DNA of 64,000 nucleotides, from assembly GCF_052425735.1 (NCBI RefSeq), contig NC_135758.1, positions 47,926,001-47,990,000 of the forward strand, written 5' to 3'. Origin of the DNA: Oculina patagonica (taxonomy: Eukaryota). Each line of letters starts with the position of its first letter. The first letter of the stretch is position 1. Below the pieces are notes generated by a model. It had not been told where the DNA came from. It was given only the letters and a program-made list of their open reading frames with translations, and searched no databases. A program made the position numbers and the translations under genes. Of the stretch, positions 48,701 through 61,725 are shown piece by piece.

Positions 48701-50051
48701 GTTACAACTTTACTTCTGTTCGTTTTGTTTAGCGCGTTTTTAATACTTTGCGTGAACATAAACTAAAATTTAGCAATATCTCCAGGCCCCTTTCCACAAT
48801 AATACGTTTACGTTCAAAATACTGGTCGATTTGATAAACGAAGGAAAAAATGTCATTAAATATAAAAAGCTCAGACCATTGAAATCTTCTCCCAAAGTGG
48901 GGTGCAACACAGCTCTATTCGCAAGGCGTAGGCGGGTTGGAAAGTGGACCTTGGAGAAAATGACGCAATTCCGGTCCAATTTGTAAATGTCGTGTCAGTA
49001 ATGCTTGTGGTTCATTGCTCTTTTTAAATCGAACGTCAGCCGGACCGGGTACGTCAACACGTCACACCCCCATCTTTTTATGAAACTGTTTTGTGGACAA
49101 TAACATTATTCTGTTACTTTTAAAGCTTGATGAACGGAGGTTTTGAAGTCAAATTCGCGTCAAATAAATGACTCGCCTAGAACGATTATTCAGTTTATGT
49201 CTGGGAGCCCCGAGGGCGCAAGGGGAGGGGGGCATGTGGGAGTCCCCCAGGACCCTTGCTATTACGACGGACATGTCCATGTACACCTCTCTAAGATTGA
49301 AAGCTTCAGGTGGTTCCTGCTGCGACACCTCTCTAGAACGGACAACGGACACTTTGAAAAAAAAGATTACACTTTTTTCGATTCGATAGCTATAAACGTA
49401 TGTTTCCATGGATAAATAAAATATGTGCGCTGAAGGCGTATTTATACCGTATTGAGAAATAGAAATTCGATTCTGCGGAATAGTGGTAACGATTCTTATG
49501 ATAGTCGATATATAAAAATATATTGTTCATCATATAATTATATAAATATATAATGTGTCTTGCATTCACAAAATCGAACAAGTTTTACAGAGAAAGCCTT
49601 CATATGTAATAAGAGTTCCTGTATTTGCCTTGTCAATTTCTTATGCAAGTTTTGGAAAAATATTCTTAATGTTAGGGCCGGTTAAGCGTGGTTCATATTA
49701 GCGACATAACATCGACAAAAAGGCAAGGTCACGCAGCGAAAATTTTGATGCACTTTTGTCACACCAGTGTGAAGATCATTAACGACACAGCAGGAACAAT
49801 GACATAAGCATAACTGAACAACAGAGGGAAAAAGTAACTGATCTTTTCTTTATATTCTTATGTGCATGTTGTTATGTCGCTAGTGTGGACCAGGCTTCAC
49901 CTAATGAAGTAAGGCAGAGTTCAAGAAATTCGTGGTCTAGACTGTGTTCAAACGCAGTTCACAGGAACATTTGGCTGAACCACGTTTTTTACCGGGTCAC
50001 GTAGAAACGTCAATTCAGTCGGCCATTAAACAGTTTTTGTCTCGATCGAGT

Positions 50052-52691
50052 TTAAGTTGAACATGTTCGACGAACAACCTTTTTCCTTTTTCTGTCGTCA
50101 ATGACGTCACTTCTCCCTGGCTGACTGTCGTGGCAAACGTCACCCACATACGTCACATCTACGTGCTTTCCTTTTTCCTTCCGGATGACAAATCGTACTT
50201 TCACGTTGCATTCTGGTCGCTTGCATTCCGCTCCTCCTCTGAAGAACACCGCTGAGTGGATTTTCCGAGAGTTTTCTGATCTCACGTGATTATTCTTGAA
50301 GCGCAGACTGCACCATGGGTTGCTTTCTTTAACTTTACTGAGGAAGATTCGAGTCCAGTCCCCACTCAACAATCGGCCACCGCTCGGGAATGTGTTGATT
50401 GGAATTCTCGCCCAGTCCTCTTTGGACAATTTAAATCTTGCTGTAGTTCCATCGATGTTCTTTCGAAAATACTTTTTCTGTTTTCTGGTTTCGTCTTCAT
50501 CGTCAGATGAATCTGAATCATCCGAGTAATCCTAGAAACAATAACAAATTACATCTTAATAAAAAAATTAATAATAATAACAAAAAAGACCTAACTGAAA
50601 CAAAACGATGGATATGAGAAGCCATGCACTTAAACTAACTTTTCTATCAAAGTGAAGAACAGGACGGTGCAAAGGTATGAGGGCGTGCACAGAGATTAGT
50701 GAAATCATATCAAACAACTGAGTAAATCAAGCCTTGGATGAAAAGGATCTAGCTTTCAGAAGAAAAAGATAATGATTTTTCTTCAGCATTACTTGATCTA
50801 ATTTTCAAATCTCGATATATCAACTTTATATACAATCGCGATTTCTTCGAAAACAAGGAAACAACAAATTAGTAAACAAACAAAAGTGATCCAACGAAAA
50901 AATGGAAATCAATAAGAGTACCTACCATTCTATTAGCAAAGTCCTGTCGTGCAAAATCCACATTTTGCGAGGACAGTGTGTACGAACTTGGATCAACCTG
51001 TTTTTGAGACGAACAGAAAGTTTGGTTTAGGACAAATGTGAATTGAAGCTTCGTGTACATAGCGACAAACAACACCCAATACAACTGAACTGTATGAACG
51101 AATCTGTGTTCAGAATGATTCTCTCCACAACTACATAGCTTATTTCACTAGTAATGTTACATTTTTAACTTAAATATAAAAGATGTTCTCGGGGAATTAC
51201 AAGGGTATACCTAAGAATTGAGGCTTATGAAGACAAGAATAAAGTTGCGTGGCTTCGTTATTAGACTGGTCATTGTGAATAGTGGTACCACAATATAACT
51301 ACATTATAACACAATTCTGCTGTTCATATATTTGACACATTAAATCAACTCGGGAAAAAAGTTATTCTGTTTGGAGTTTTTGTTTCCGTATTTCTTTGCT
51401 TACTGTTAATTGGACTATGAATGCTCCTGGAAACCTGCAGTTGTAAGATTCAACATTTAAAGGAACTTAAATCACTTCAAATCACTTCAAAGTACTTTAC
51501 CTTGAATGGCACATGGGATGTGCTAGGAGAAGTATTGAAACGATTCACGGGCACCATGATAACAGAAGGACGTGGAGCTTCCACACCAAAAGCAGGATAA
51601 TGGGAAGTTTCCTTCTGCGCATGACAACAACAGTTACAATTGTGGGTACTCCTCTGCTGGTTTGGGACCATGCCATGGGTTTCAGTCTGGGAGAATTGCT
51701 TTATATGTTGTGGATTGTAAGAATTGTAGCCACCAAAGTAGGCAGGCATTTCTGTGTGGTGGTTCATCTGATAACTGGTATTTGTTTCAAAGTTTCCTGG
51801 TTGTGAAGCTGGTATTTCCCCCTGACTAGACATGTGGTAAAGTGGTGTACTCGTATAAACCGATGGAAGTGACATGTTGGTCTGGTTGGTGCTGATCTGG
51901 TAAGATGTCACAATCTCAGGAGAACCATTCTGATAAGATGACAATGTCCCATGCGTATCAACCTGGTAAGCTGCCATAGTGCCATTAGTATTCATCTGGT
52001 ACGCTGACGATGGGTATTGGTTATTCATTTGCGAAATATCTGGCTGATGACTCAGATGGTAAGATGGCATTATCTCAGGCTCGTGGGAATTTAACTGGAA
52101 CGGCAATTCCTTCTGTTGTTCAGCTGTCTTGTTTAACCCCTCTCCATTGTGAACACTTGATTGATTAACTGGTGATTGCACCTCAGGTTCCACTGGATAC
52201 CTTTGCTCTGACATGTTCTTGGACTGCTGTCCCCCTGGAAAACTTTCTGCTAATGGAATTTTCGTTTGGGGGTCAGCCTCAAATCTTGACTGCACTTCTT
52301 GGTTGCCCAGTTTTTCCACGTGATTTGCTATCTGATTAACAGTCAACACTTCATCTTTGGCAGCATGGTTTTCTAACTGAACATGATTAACAGTGATAAG
52401 TTCATCTGTGACAGCGTTATGATCAGAGGTTGCTCCTTGGACGTTACTTATTTGGATGCTGAGTACATCTTCATCGGGGTTGAGTGCTACTTCATAAATT
52501 GATTCTTGTGGCAATGAAATTGTGTGGTGGTCGACTGTGGTGCAAGATGTGTCTGATTTTTCTGCCTTGAGAACAGGCATCCCGCCTATGGAGATAATTC
52601 CATTGCTTTGCCCATTGCAACTTGACACTGTCGTTTCAATCTTGATTGGGCAGCCATTTGTGATGTCGTTTAAGGAGTACATCCCGGCCAT
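50052..52691 (-). CDS. Same uncharacterised protein, copy 2 (~580 aa)
   Basis: Exons 52691-51501, 50997-50926 and 50531-50052. Splice sites and frame are preserved. Confidence 0.8.
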
Positions 52692-55600
52692 TATCTTTGC
52701 TTTATCCTTATCGATTGGTCACATGGAGCAAACTTCGCGATGTCAATGCTTAACTTAGGAGAACAAGTAACAAAACAGCAAAAGGGAGTTAAGTCAAACT
52801 AGCATATTTAACTACATCATAACACAACACAACAGAAAATAAAATAGGAACTAAATTTAGTTCATATCATGCTGATGCAACACAGAAACAATTTACTTGC
52901 TCTTTGTAACTATTGCTTTTGCTATAGCTCACAGATCCTTGCACATTTGTGCCTATCACATAATCGTAAGTATTATAATTTAACCAATGTCCATGTGGCT
53001 GATTTAAACTCAACATGTCCAACACGGTCTAATACGAACTGATTATAAAGCCAACCACGCAGCGCTCGTAATATCAAGGAAAGACCTCAGTGACGAATGG
53101 ATAAATCGAGGCACCAAATGAACCTCACCGTTGATTCCTACTGCGAATTAACCCTAGTCAAGTAACAAAACAAAACCACACGAGACAATATCTTTGTCTT
53201 CGGTGGCACTCCGAGTACCAACGTTATATTTGCTTCACAGAACCCCTTTCACAAGCATGTCATGTTAACTTTATTTCGGCCATCTTCCTAAATCGGATCC
53301 TAAACGTTACGACATAAGGCAACCTTGAACTCTGAAAAGAGCATATAATCGGATATTTGTATTTTGTAGGACCAGTAATTCCCAATACCTGTTTTTAAAA
53401 ATAACATATTCTCGGGGTAATATGAACATGCCTGGCAGCGAGTGAGACTTGAGAGAGGTAAGTTTGTTATTAATAGAAACAAAATGGATATTAAAATAAA
53501 AGCCAAGACGCGGTTTTAAGACACAGGGACACTGACTGATCATGCAAACTTTATTAAACTGATCTGTACGTGTTTACTCGTAGCGTCAATTGTTTGCTTA
53601 GAAGCCAGTTTAGCATAATTATGATCTTAATCTCCACCTACGCGTTCTCGGACATGAACAGTCAGCATTTTGAATAAATTAATCAACACTTTAACACTTA
53701 CTCATGTAGAAGCGAAATTCTCAGACACTTCAATAAAGTTATTCTTTCATTTCGTTAGTTCAATTTTGCAAACCTATTTTTGAGTCACAGTCGGTTTGAC
53801 ATGTTTAACAATTTAGCGCTGGAGAATGTTGGTATGTACATGTTGAGTGCCACGACTTGAAACGCAATGACCTTTTTAATAAATAAAAGAATAACACATG
53901 TTTCTGCAAGTATCCTTACCTTTTGGTAAAACGAAAACAAATAACAACATGTTTTTATCACATCTCTTTTGTTCCTTCCGCTCACAACCTACGAATTGGG
54001 GGCTGAATTAGTTGTCGACAGGAACTACATTCAAGCGCAGTCGTTATGGACACTTGAATTACTGGCATGTTCAAGAAAAAAATACAGATAATACACGAAC
54101 GACAAAGTCAACGCTCTTTTGAATAAAAAAACCTTCTATAATAGAGACATAGTAGGACCATAATGTTGTAAAGTGAATTTGGACGTTCGAGAGAAGTTTT
54201 ACAAAAGCCCGAATTAGTCTCATGCTGAGGAACATGTATATGAGAAGAGTCAAATTTGTATCACGCAACACAACTTAAATGGCATCTAGTAAACGAAATC
54301 TACATTTCGCGGTTTACACAGTTCAACACAGCAAAGAGGGCAAATCTTTTACAAAGAAATCGTCACAGCGAGCGTTTTTGAGTGCATTTCAAGTAAGATA
54401 TTAGTTAAACAACAGGGTCGTGGCCTCGGGGCCGTTTCTGCCTGCCCTCATATGTTGCCACGAGAGCTTCGAAAGTTACAAAAAATGTCGCCTCGTGTGT
54501 CACAAGTCCTGCCAGAACCTAAGTGCCCGGTAGAAACCATTCTAATATGCAAAAGGAAGAAAAGTTACGTTTTCAACAAAAATTCTCATAAAGCGGTAGT
54601 TTGCGCTCTTTGCATATTTATTCGATACTGAGCGATCTTTCAATGAGTTTGAAAAGTCTATTGTTCTATTAGCCTTTTGACTTGCTAACCACAGCAAAAT
54701 TAGTTGCCAATATTCCATACTCTTCGCACTCTTAGAGACCTCTAATCTACGCCGAATACTTGCTTTTTTGCAACTATTTGTTGACAAGCGAAGCACGATC
54801 GAGAGAGGTTGCTTCATCTTTGCCATTGCCTATCTTACTATGCGGCGTGACAAATTAGTATTCATGACAGTCGCGTCCTGTGTAATAATTACGTTTTGCA
54901 TCACAAAACATGCGTTAACACAGTGTTTTGAAATATCCTATCACCTTAACCAAGAAAGACACAATAAAGGCAAATTATTGTTGTTGGCTTCACAAACAAA
55001 ACATTTCTCACGTCTTTTGGTTCAAAGGAATACGATTCCGCGCTTCATTCCGCTACTTGTGCTACAAACCATTCGAAGGGTCCGATAGTGTTTAAACCAT
55101 CTTAATTGTCAATACACACACATGCATACATCATCTGAATCTGAGGAATTTTGCCTTCCCGTAAAACGTACCAGATTTGAGTTAAATCAGCAACATTGTT
55201 TAATAATTTAAGAGAACTGGGACACTCCGACACAAGTTATAAACTCAGTTTGGGTTGTGATGTTGTTTACGCAGCATGTTCACTGTCAATTACTCAATAA
55301 CACATGATGGTCACATTTGGTAATTTAGAATATTTGCAAGCATCATCCCCGTTTGCTGGCAAAAAACTATTTCCCAAAGAAGTAGGTTGTTAGGTACTTT
55401 AAAATACTTAGGAAGTTTGTTTGTCGAAAGGGCAAAGCTCACAAACTCACCTTTCGTCTCGGAACGCGCTTGGTCGTGCGAGCAGAAATGTTGATGCGCT
55501 CCGCTGAGCACATGCGCGATGGGAGAGCTGGTGTAAATCAATATCTCGCGTTTGACTGGGACTCAAAGGTCAATGAACATGTTGATTGTCACACATCTCA

Positions 55601-56270
55601 GAAAACCCCGTGAGTTATCGAGTTACAACTTGACTTCTGTTCGTTTTGTTTAGCGCGTTTTTAATACTTTGCGTGAACATAAACTAAAATTTAGCAATAT
55701 CTCCAGGCCCCTTTCCACAATAATGCGTTTACGTTCAAAATACTGGTCGATTTGATAAACGAATGAAAAAATGTCATTAAATATAAAAAGCTCAGACCAT
55801 TGAAATCTTCTCCCAAAGTGGGGTGCAACACAGCTCTATTCGCAAGGCGTAGGCGGGTTGGAAAGGGGACCTTGGAGAAAATGACGCAATTCCGGTCCAA
55901 ATTTGTAAATGTCGTGTCAGTAATGCTTGTGGTTCATTGCTCTTTTTGAATCGAACGTCAGCCGGACCGGGTACGTCAACACGTCACACCCCCATCGTTT
56001 TATGAAACTGGACAATAACATTATTCTGTTACTTTTAAAGCTTGATGAACGGAGGTTTTGAAGTCAAATTCGCGTCAAATAAATGACTCGCCTAGAACGA
56101 TTATTCAGTTTATGTCTGGGAGCCCCGAGGGCGCAAGGGGAGGGGGCATGTGGGATTCCCCCAGGACCCTTGCTATTACGACGGACATGTCCATGTACAC
56201 CTCTCGATTGAAAGCTTCAGGTGGTTCCTGCTGCGACACCTCTCTAGAACGGACAACGGACACTTTGAAT

Positions 56271-57318
56271 CAGGCCCGGCCAGGGGTTTTGGGTATACGG
56301 TATCTTGGGTGTTTTTAACCAAGGTATTCAGTATCTTTTTGCCGAAATACGGGTATTCAGTATTTTTTCCTGAATATTTGGAATTCTTATTATAAGCGTA
56401 ATGTTGGTGTTTTTTTGTCCCTATCCTCAGTGCTTGTGTCACTTTTAAACAAATTACGAAAGATCTGCAATTCTTGCGTCACTAAACCCGCATACGAGCG
56501 CATGCTGCCAGTTGTCATGGTGGTTTTGACTTTGTCAAAGCTGTTTATTAGGGACGGACCATTATTTTTTGGAGGTGGGGAAGGGAACAAAAATCCTGAA
56601 AAAAAGTTGTTTGCAAGAGAAAAAAGGCTCAAATAAATTGTTGCAGACATGAAGAGGAGAAAATAGATAGTTTTATGATAATAGATAGTCAGCCATTTAT
56701 ATCATGATATATAATCAACAGCACTCTTTTTGATGCCCAGAATGCTGGAAATTGCATTTCCGATTTTCTAGATTTCAAAATTCTCTGGGGGAGGATGCCC
56801 CCAGACCCCCCCTAGGAAAAGGGGCCTCACAGCCCCTTCTGTGGTTACATCAACCTATTTCCAATCGGAATCGGCTTATAAAAAATGTCATTAAAAACCT
56901 TGAATTACTTTTTTGTATAACTGTAAAACTCCCTGATGAAATGAGGTGTACACTGGTCACACGAAACACGTAGTAGATAAAAAGTTCAACTAAAGTAGTT
57001 CATGCAGGTCCTTCTCACTGAAAAAATTACAAAAGGAGGAAAAAACATGTTTTGTTTTAAGTTCTATACGTAAATTACCAACCAAGGCCACTATCTGGAC
57101 ACCAAAGAAAAAATTGTCTGAAGGAAGATTTTGATCCCTCCCCTCAAATAAATAATGGTCCTTCCCCAAGTTACACCAGTCTTTGTTATCGAACATGGCT
57201 TTTGGTAATAATTTTAGGTATTTGGTATCAACGTTTTTGCAGTTTTTAGGTATATTGGTATCCCAGGGCAAAAAAATGGGGTATATTGGTATCCCACTAC
57301 CCCCCCTGGCTGGGCCTG
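56271..57318. mobile_element. 1048-bp non-autonomous DNA transposon, CAGG...CCTG ends, 6-bp TSD (hAT6-like)
   Basis: ttgaat|caggcccggccagggg ... ccccctggctgggcctg|ttgaat, with subterminal ggtat repeats. Confidence 0.88.
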
Positions 57319-57927
57319 TTGAATGAAGCAGTCAACGGAAACATGAGAAGTGTGTTTTTCGGTTACAACTGAGCGTACTTCAAAGCCAAGAACAGATGCT
57401 CAATATAACAGCAAATATCTTTTGGGAAAGCAATATTTGTATTACAGTAGCACTCGGGGAGGGACTCTTATATGAAAGGGACGGGATGGAGAAGACCAAT
57501 CTGTGAGTGGGTCAAGCTCTTTGGACCCCTAGCTAAAAGAACCCATTTTCCATGCCCTAATCGGTCTAGACCGCCAAAACAGTCTCACGGCGTTTTTTAT
57601 TTCTTCACGTGCAACCCTAAACGAGCTAAAAATAATAAAAAAATGGCTACAAATATTAAGCGTTTATTTTGTCCTAAACACTCCAATCCGTAATATACAC
57701 CGAAGAGAATCTCCGTCAGTTTTATACGGGAGCCCCCCCCCCCCCCCCACCTAGAGCAGCATATTTACTCTTAACTTCCTGGAAGCACTTAACTTTCGCT
57801 TGAAAAATTAAGTGTACCCTCTGATTTTATCAGTCTTGTTCCAGGTTGCAACTTGTAATTTAAATAAACGAGCTAAACTGATGTGAATTTAGTGAGCGCA
57901 CCTTACTTTTTTCATGTTAGGATTACT

Positions 57928-58353
57928 CCCGGGGGGGGGGGGGTACTCCCATATGTGGCCTATATAGGTATGTGCCGCCCGATAGTATCATTTTTGCTCC
58001 TTTTGGCAATGTGTTCCCAGTGTGATCCTTAGATAGGGTACCTAAATTCTAATAGCTAAAATAAACGCCCAGCTAAACGAAAAAAAAAAGGTTTCTTAAA
58101 ACTGAATTTTCTGTTCAGGTATTAGTAAAGCGATTTTATAAAGACTTGTGTCTTGCTGTGCGCGGTTAGCCGTTATTTGGGTCGTCACGGAGTGCTTCTC
58201 CTCCCCTTGAATAGGGTGTCATTTTTCGGTTTTGGGCCTTAAAAAGGGTATCAATTTTCGCTTTCTTTATCCTTAGATAGGGCCAGGGTTTAAGAACCTT
58301 GGCGGCACACCCCTATCCAAAATTTATGGGAGTACCCCCCCCCCCCCCTCGGG
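57928..58353. mobile_element. MITE with CCCG-polyG-TACTCCC termini and 7-bp TSD
   Basis: gattact|cccgggg...gtactcccata ... tatgggagtacccc...ctcggg|gattact. A degenerate relative lies at ~57453-57750. Confidence 0.85.
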
Positions 58354-58533
58354 GATTACTGTTGTCAGGCTACTTCCACTCTATAAGGTGTTGACCAAGA
58401 AAGGCTGATGTAAGAGCGCAATTCTTCGTACCTTGTGGTAAAAACCTCTATATAAGTTCCGCAACCTTGTGACCCTTGTTATTTTTGTCACTTTTTTCGT
58501 GACCTCGAAGCTCGTGGAAATTGTTGTTTGAAC

Positions 58534-58598
58534 CACAGGCGGCCCAAGCTCAAGAAAATTATTTCAACTCTTCACATCGTGAGCTTGGGCCGCCTGTG
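58534..58598. mobile_element. 65-bp mini element: 19-bp perfect TIR, 7-bp near-perfect TSD (P-element-like ends)
   Basis: tttgaac|cacaggcggcccaagctca ... tgagcttgggccgcctgtg|attgaac. Confidence 0.7.
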
Positions 58599-61069
58599 AT
58601 TGAACAGGTGAAATGAATAAACGAATGCTGTCACGGTTTGTTGTAATGCGTGACAACGTTGATCACTTGGGAAATCTTCTTTTAGAATACTTGCTAGTGG
58701 ACTAGCTACAAATAAGAATTTAGAGACAACTGAATAAATTCAGTGGGTGACATCCACCGCAACTCAGTCCAAACAAGCAGCTATTTCAAAAAGAAATAGT
58801 GTTTCGTTTCCAGATTGCGGAAGGGTGAGAATAGTGTAACACTAAGGAGAGATGGGTTTGTGGTTTACTTTAATTTGGAGAAGGTCCTAGTGTATGTTGA
58901 ATTTGCCGAATTTATGCACGAGTGAAGAATGAAAAGAAGAACTTCATATTCAGTTTAACACCTACTGTCCATTTTATGTAAAGGAGACATAAACTACGTC
59001 CTGATGCAGTTTGGCTTTCAAGAGTTCAAGTAACACACAAATATTTCTCTTTATAGAAATAGCATGTGTCTTTCTCTCCAAATTAAGTTAAGTGAAAGGA
59101 GCTTGTCTTTATCGTTTTTACTCATCCAGTGAAAATTAAAATGATTTTTTTTTTATTTCTGCAGAACACTTTTTGCTTAAAAATGGCACCTGATAGCATA
59201 ACTTTGAATGTTACATGAATGGAAAAATAACTTACAGAAAATATTTAAATATATTCCTATTAATGTGGGGAATGGTTTTTTTTTTAAAACAAACAATCCT
59301 AAAACAAATCAGTTACATAAATAAAGTGTTTTGTGACTACTGATCTCTGATAAAATGTAAAACAACACTTTAATCGTAGATTAAATTATTACCTTTTGAC
59401 AAAAAGCTTGAGGTATATACTTCTCTGAGTTGATCAAATGCTCAAATCAGGGGGGGGGGGGGGGAAGAAACGAGGTCTGGGACCGAGTAGCGATGCTGTC
59501 ACAACTTGCAAAGCGATCAATTCACGATGTAGTCAGCGGTTTTTGGACGATGATGCAACAGGCAATCTTTTCCCGCAAAATGGAAGCTGCTATGTCGTGG
59601 ATTCACTTATAATAAAGGGGTTCAATTCTCTTAACTAAAAATCTAAAAGCAGCGTGTTTAAATCCGAAAATTTCGTCATCGTCGTGTAGTTTTAAGAACG
59701 CAGAATTTTGTGATGCCGTGCTACTTTTCAGTGCTGAAATGCAAATGTTTGACATGTTTGTACCACGATTTTCAACTGGCCCACATGGGGATTGTAAATG
59801 AAGTAAAACAAAGAAAGACCAAGTCAACAAACAACCTCAAACAATAGAGCAAGAACAATAGCTCCGACCAGCGCGGGAATATTCGATCGCCACGTTTTCA
59901 TTACCATTCCCGTGATGGTTTTATTTCATAACAAACACCACATATTGACACCAAGAACCTTTCCGGAGAAATTTTCGCTGCTTTAAAGACAAAACTTAGA
60001 AAGTCTTTTTTATTACTACATATATAAAAAAATCGAACTCTCTCACTGGTCCCATGTTGCTTTTGTTTTGGCAAGTTCACAAAGAAAGGAGCTGCTCATG
60101 CGCCTTAGAGACATCCGCTGACTACCGCCCCGATGATTGCTTTGCAAGTTGTGAGAGCATCGCTCAGATTTCATTTAAGAGAATGTATGGGAAGTTGCTT
60201 CCCCCCCCCCCCCCCCCCCTGGCTCAAATAAATGCCAAATTCAAGACAAACCATAACCCCGGTCGACAAGAACAGAGATAAGCACACTGTTTCGAAGCCA
60301 TTTCTTAAGAATCAAATGCCTGTTGTCACTTTACAAAGACACGTAAACAACCAGGGCAAATTAATGTAAAAAAGCTACCATACACAGATTTTTAACCGGG
60401 ATTTTTAATTAAGCAAAATTGAAGTTTAAAGAAAGTTTTATGTTATATGTTATATGTAGTCATACCAGGATTGTATTTTGGTCGATCCGCGCTGCACGCT
60501 CTCCCGGCAAATATAAAATTATCTCCACAGAATAAGAGCTAATAAGACACAGCCAAGTTGCTTCTGTTGTCAGTGTAACACTGATAATAACGATTTGCAT
60601 TTTTGGCGATACTGTGGAGTTTCGATCAGACCGCGATGGCTTTGAATAATCCAAATAATGTTTATATCAATAATTTAATCTCAGAAATCTGCTCCAGCAG
60701 TTGCAACGGTAGTTAATGTTGAGCGTTACATCAACTAAGGAGACGAATGTAGTTCGACACGGCAGTTGCACACCTTGCTATACGATACTGTCCATACAAA
60801 ATTTAAACTTTGAACAGAACTTGACTGTCTTCTTTTTCGTTCTCAACTTTCCGTGCAAACTCGAATGTTTTTGCGACGCACGTGACACTGATCACGCAAT
60901 TCCGGGTACATCCACGCGAGAACCCACGCAATTTTGCGTGTATTTGCGCTGTTTGTGACGTCGACGATGCCGTGAATTTTCCTGTACAAATAGAGTAGGG
61001 CAATTTCCCACATTTATACATTCCTCTGTTACATGAAGTGAAATTAACTTTGTAACTCGCCTGTAAATA

Positions 61070-61725
61070 TGCGAGCAAACACGAGATACGCCAAGTCATC
61101 CCGGTTTTTTTTTCGCTTGCAAACACTGGTTGGTGGAAATTTACTTCCGTTTCAGAATAATATTAAACGCTACGAGAGCTTTCTCTTGTTTTCTTACAAT
61201 ACATCGCTTTAATCAAACTTAAAACAATTTCAGTCGTTAGATATTTCTATTTGCAACGAATCTCAATATTTTTGGTCATGCTGAGGAATATATTTGAAGA
61301 ACATGTTTTTACGAAATTAATTGCCATCGGTCGTACGTATTTACTTTGTGGTTACGACCGTTCTTGTGATTGGATAGCAGCCACCCGTGCGAGCAAACAC
61401 GACAAGTCATCCCGTTTTTGTTTTCGCTTTCAAACACTGATTGGTGGAAATTTACTTCCGTTTCAGAAAATCGCTAGAATGTTTACTTAACAATTAAACG
61501 CTACGAGAGCTTTCTCTAGTTTTCTTACAATATATCGCTTTAATCAAACTTAAAACCATTGCAGTCGCCAGATATTTCTGTTTGCAACGAATCTCAATAT
61601 TTTTTTATCATGCTGAGGAATATCTTTCCGATATTTGAAGAACATGTTTTTACGAAATTAATTGCCATCGGTCAAACGTATTTACTTTGTGGTTACGACC
61701 GTTCTTTTGATTGGATAGTAGCCCC
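61070..61725. repeat. ~320-bp imperfect tandem duplication
   Basis: tgcgagcaaacacga...gattggatag repeated at ~61070-61386 and ~61388-61725 with small indels. Confidence 0.88.

Larger units (their letters stand above)
42439..56269. repeat. ~6.9-kb tandem segmental duplication (units ~42439-49358 and ~49357-56269), each carrying a whole gene
   Basis: End-to-end collinear near-identity; paired ORFs throughout the track are offset by ~6910-6920 bp. Junction ...cggacactttgaa|aaaaaagattacac at ~49357. Confidence 0.95.

Noticed and set aside
46377-49415. Short ORFs conserved between duplication units (e.g. 47621..47905 / 54542..54826)
   Set aside because: Conservation follows from the recent duplication; there are no recognisable domains and several are broken by indels in one unit.
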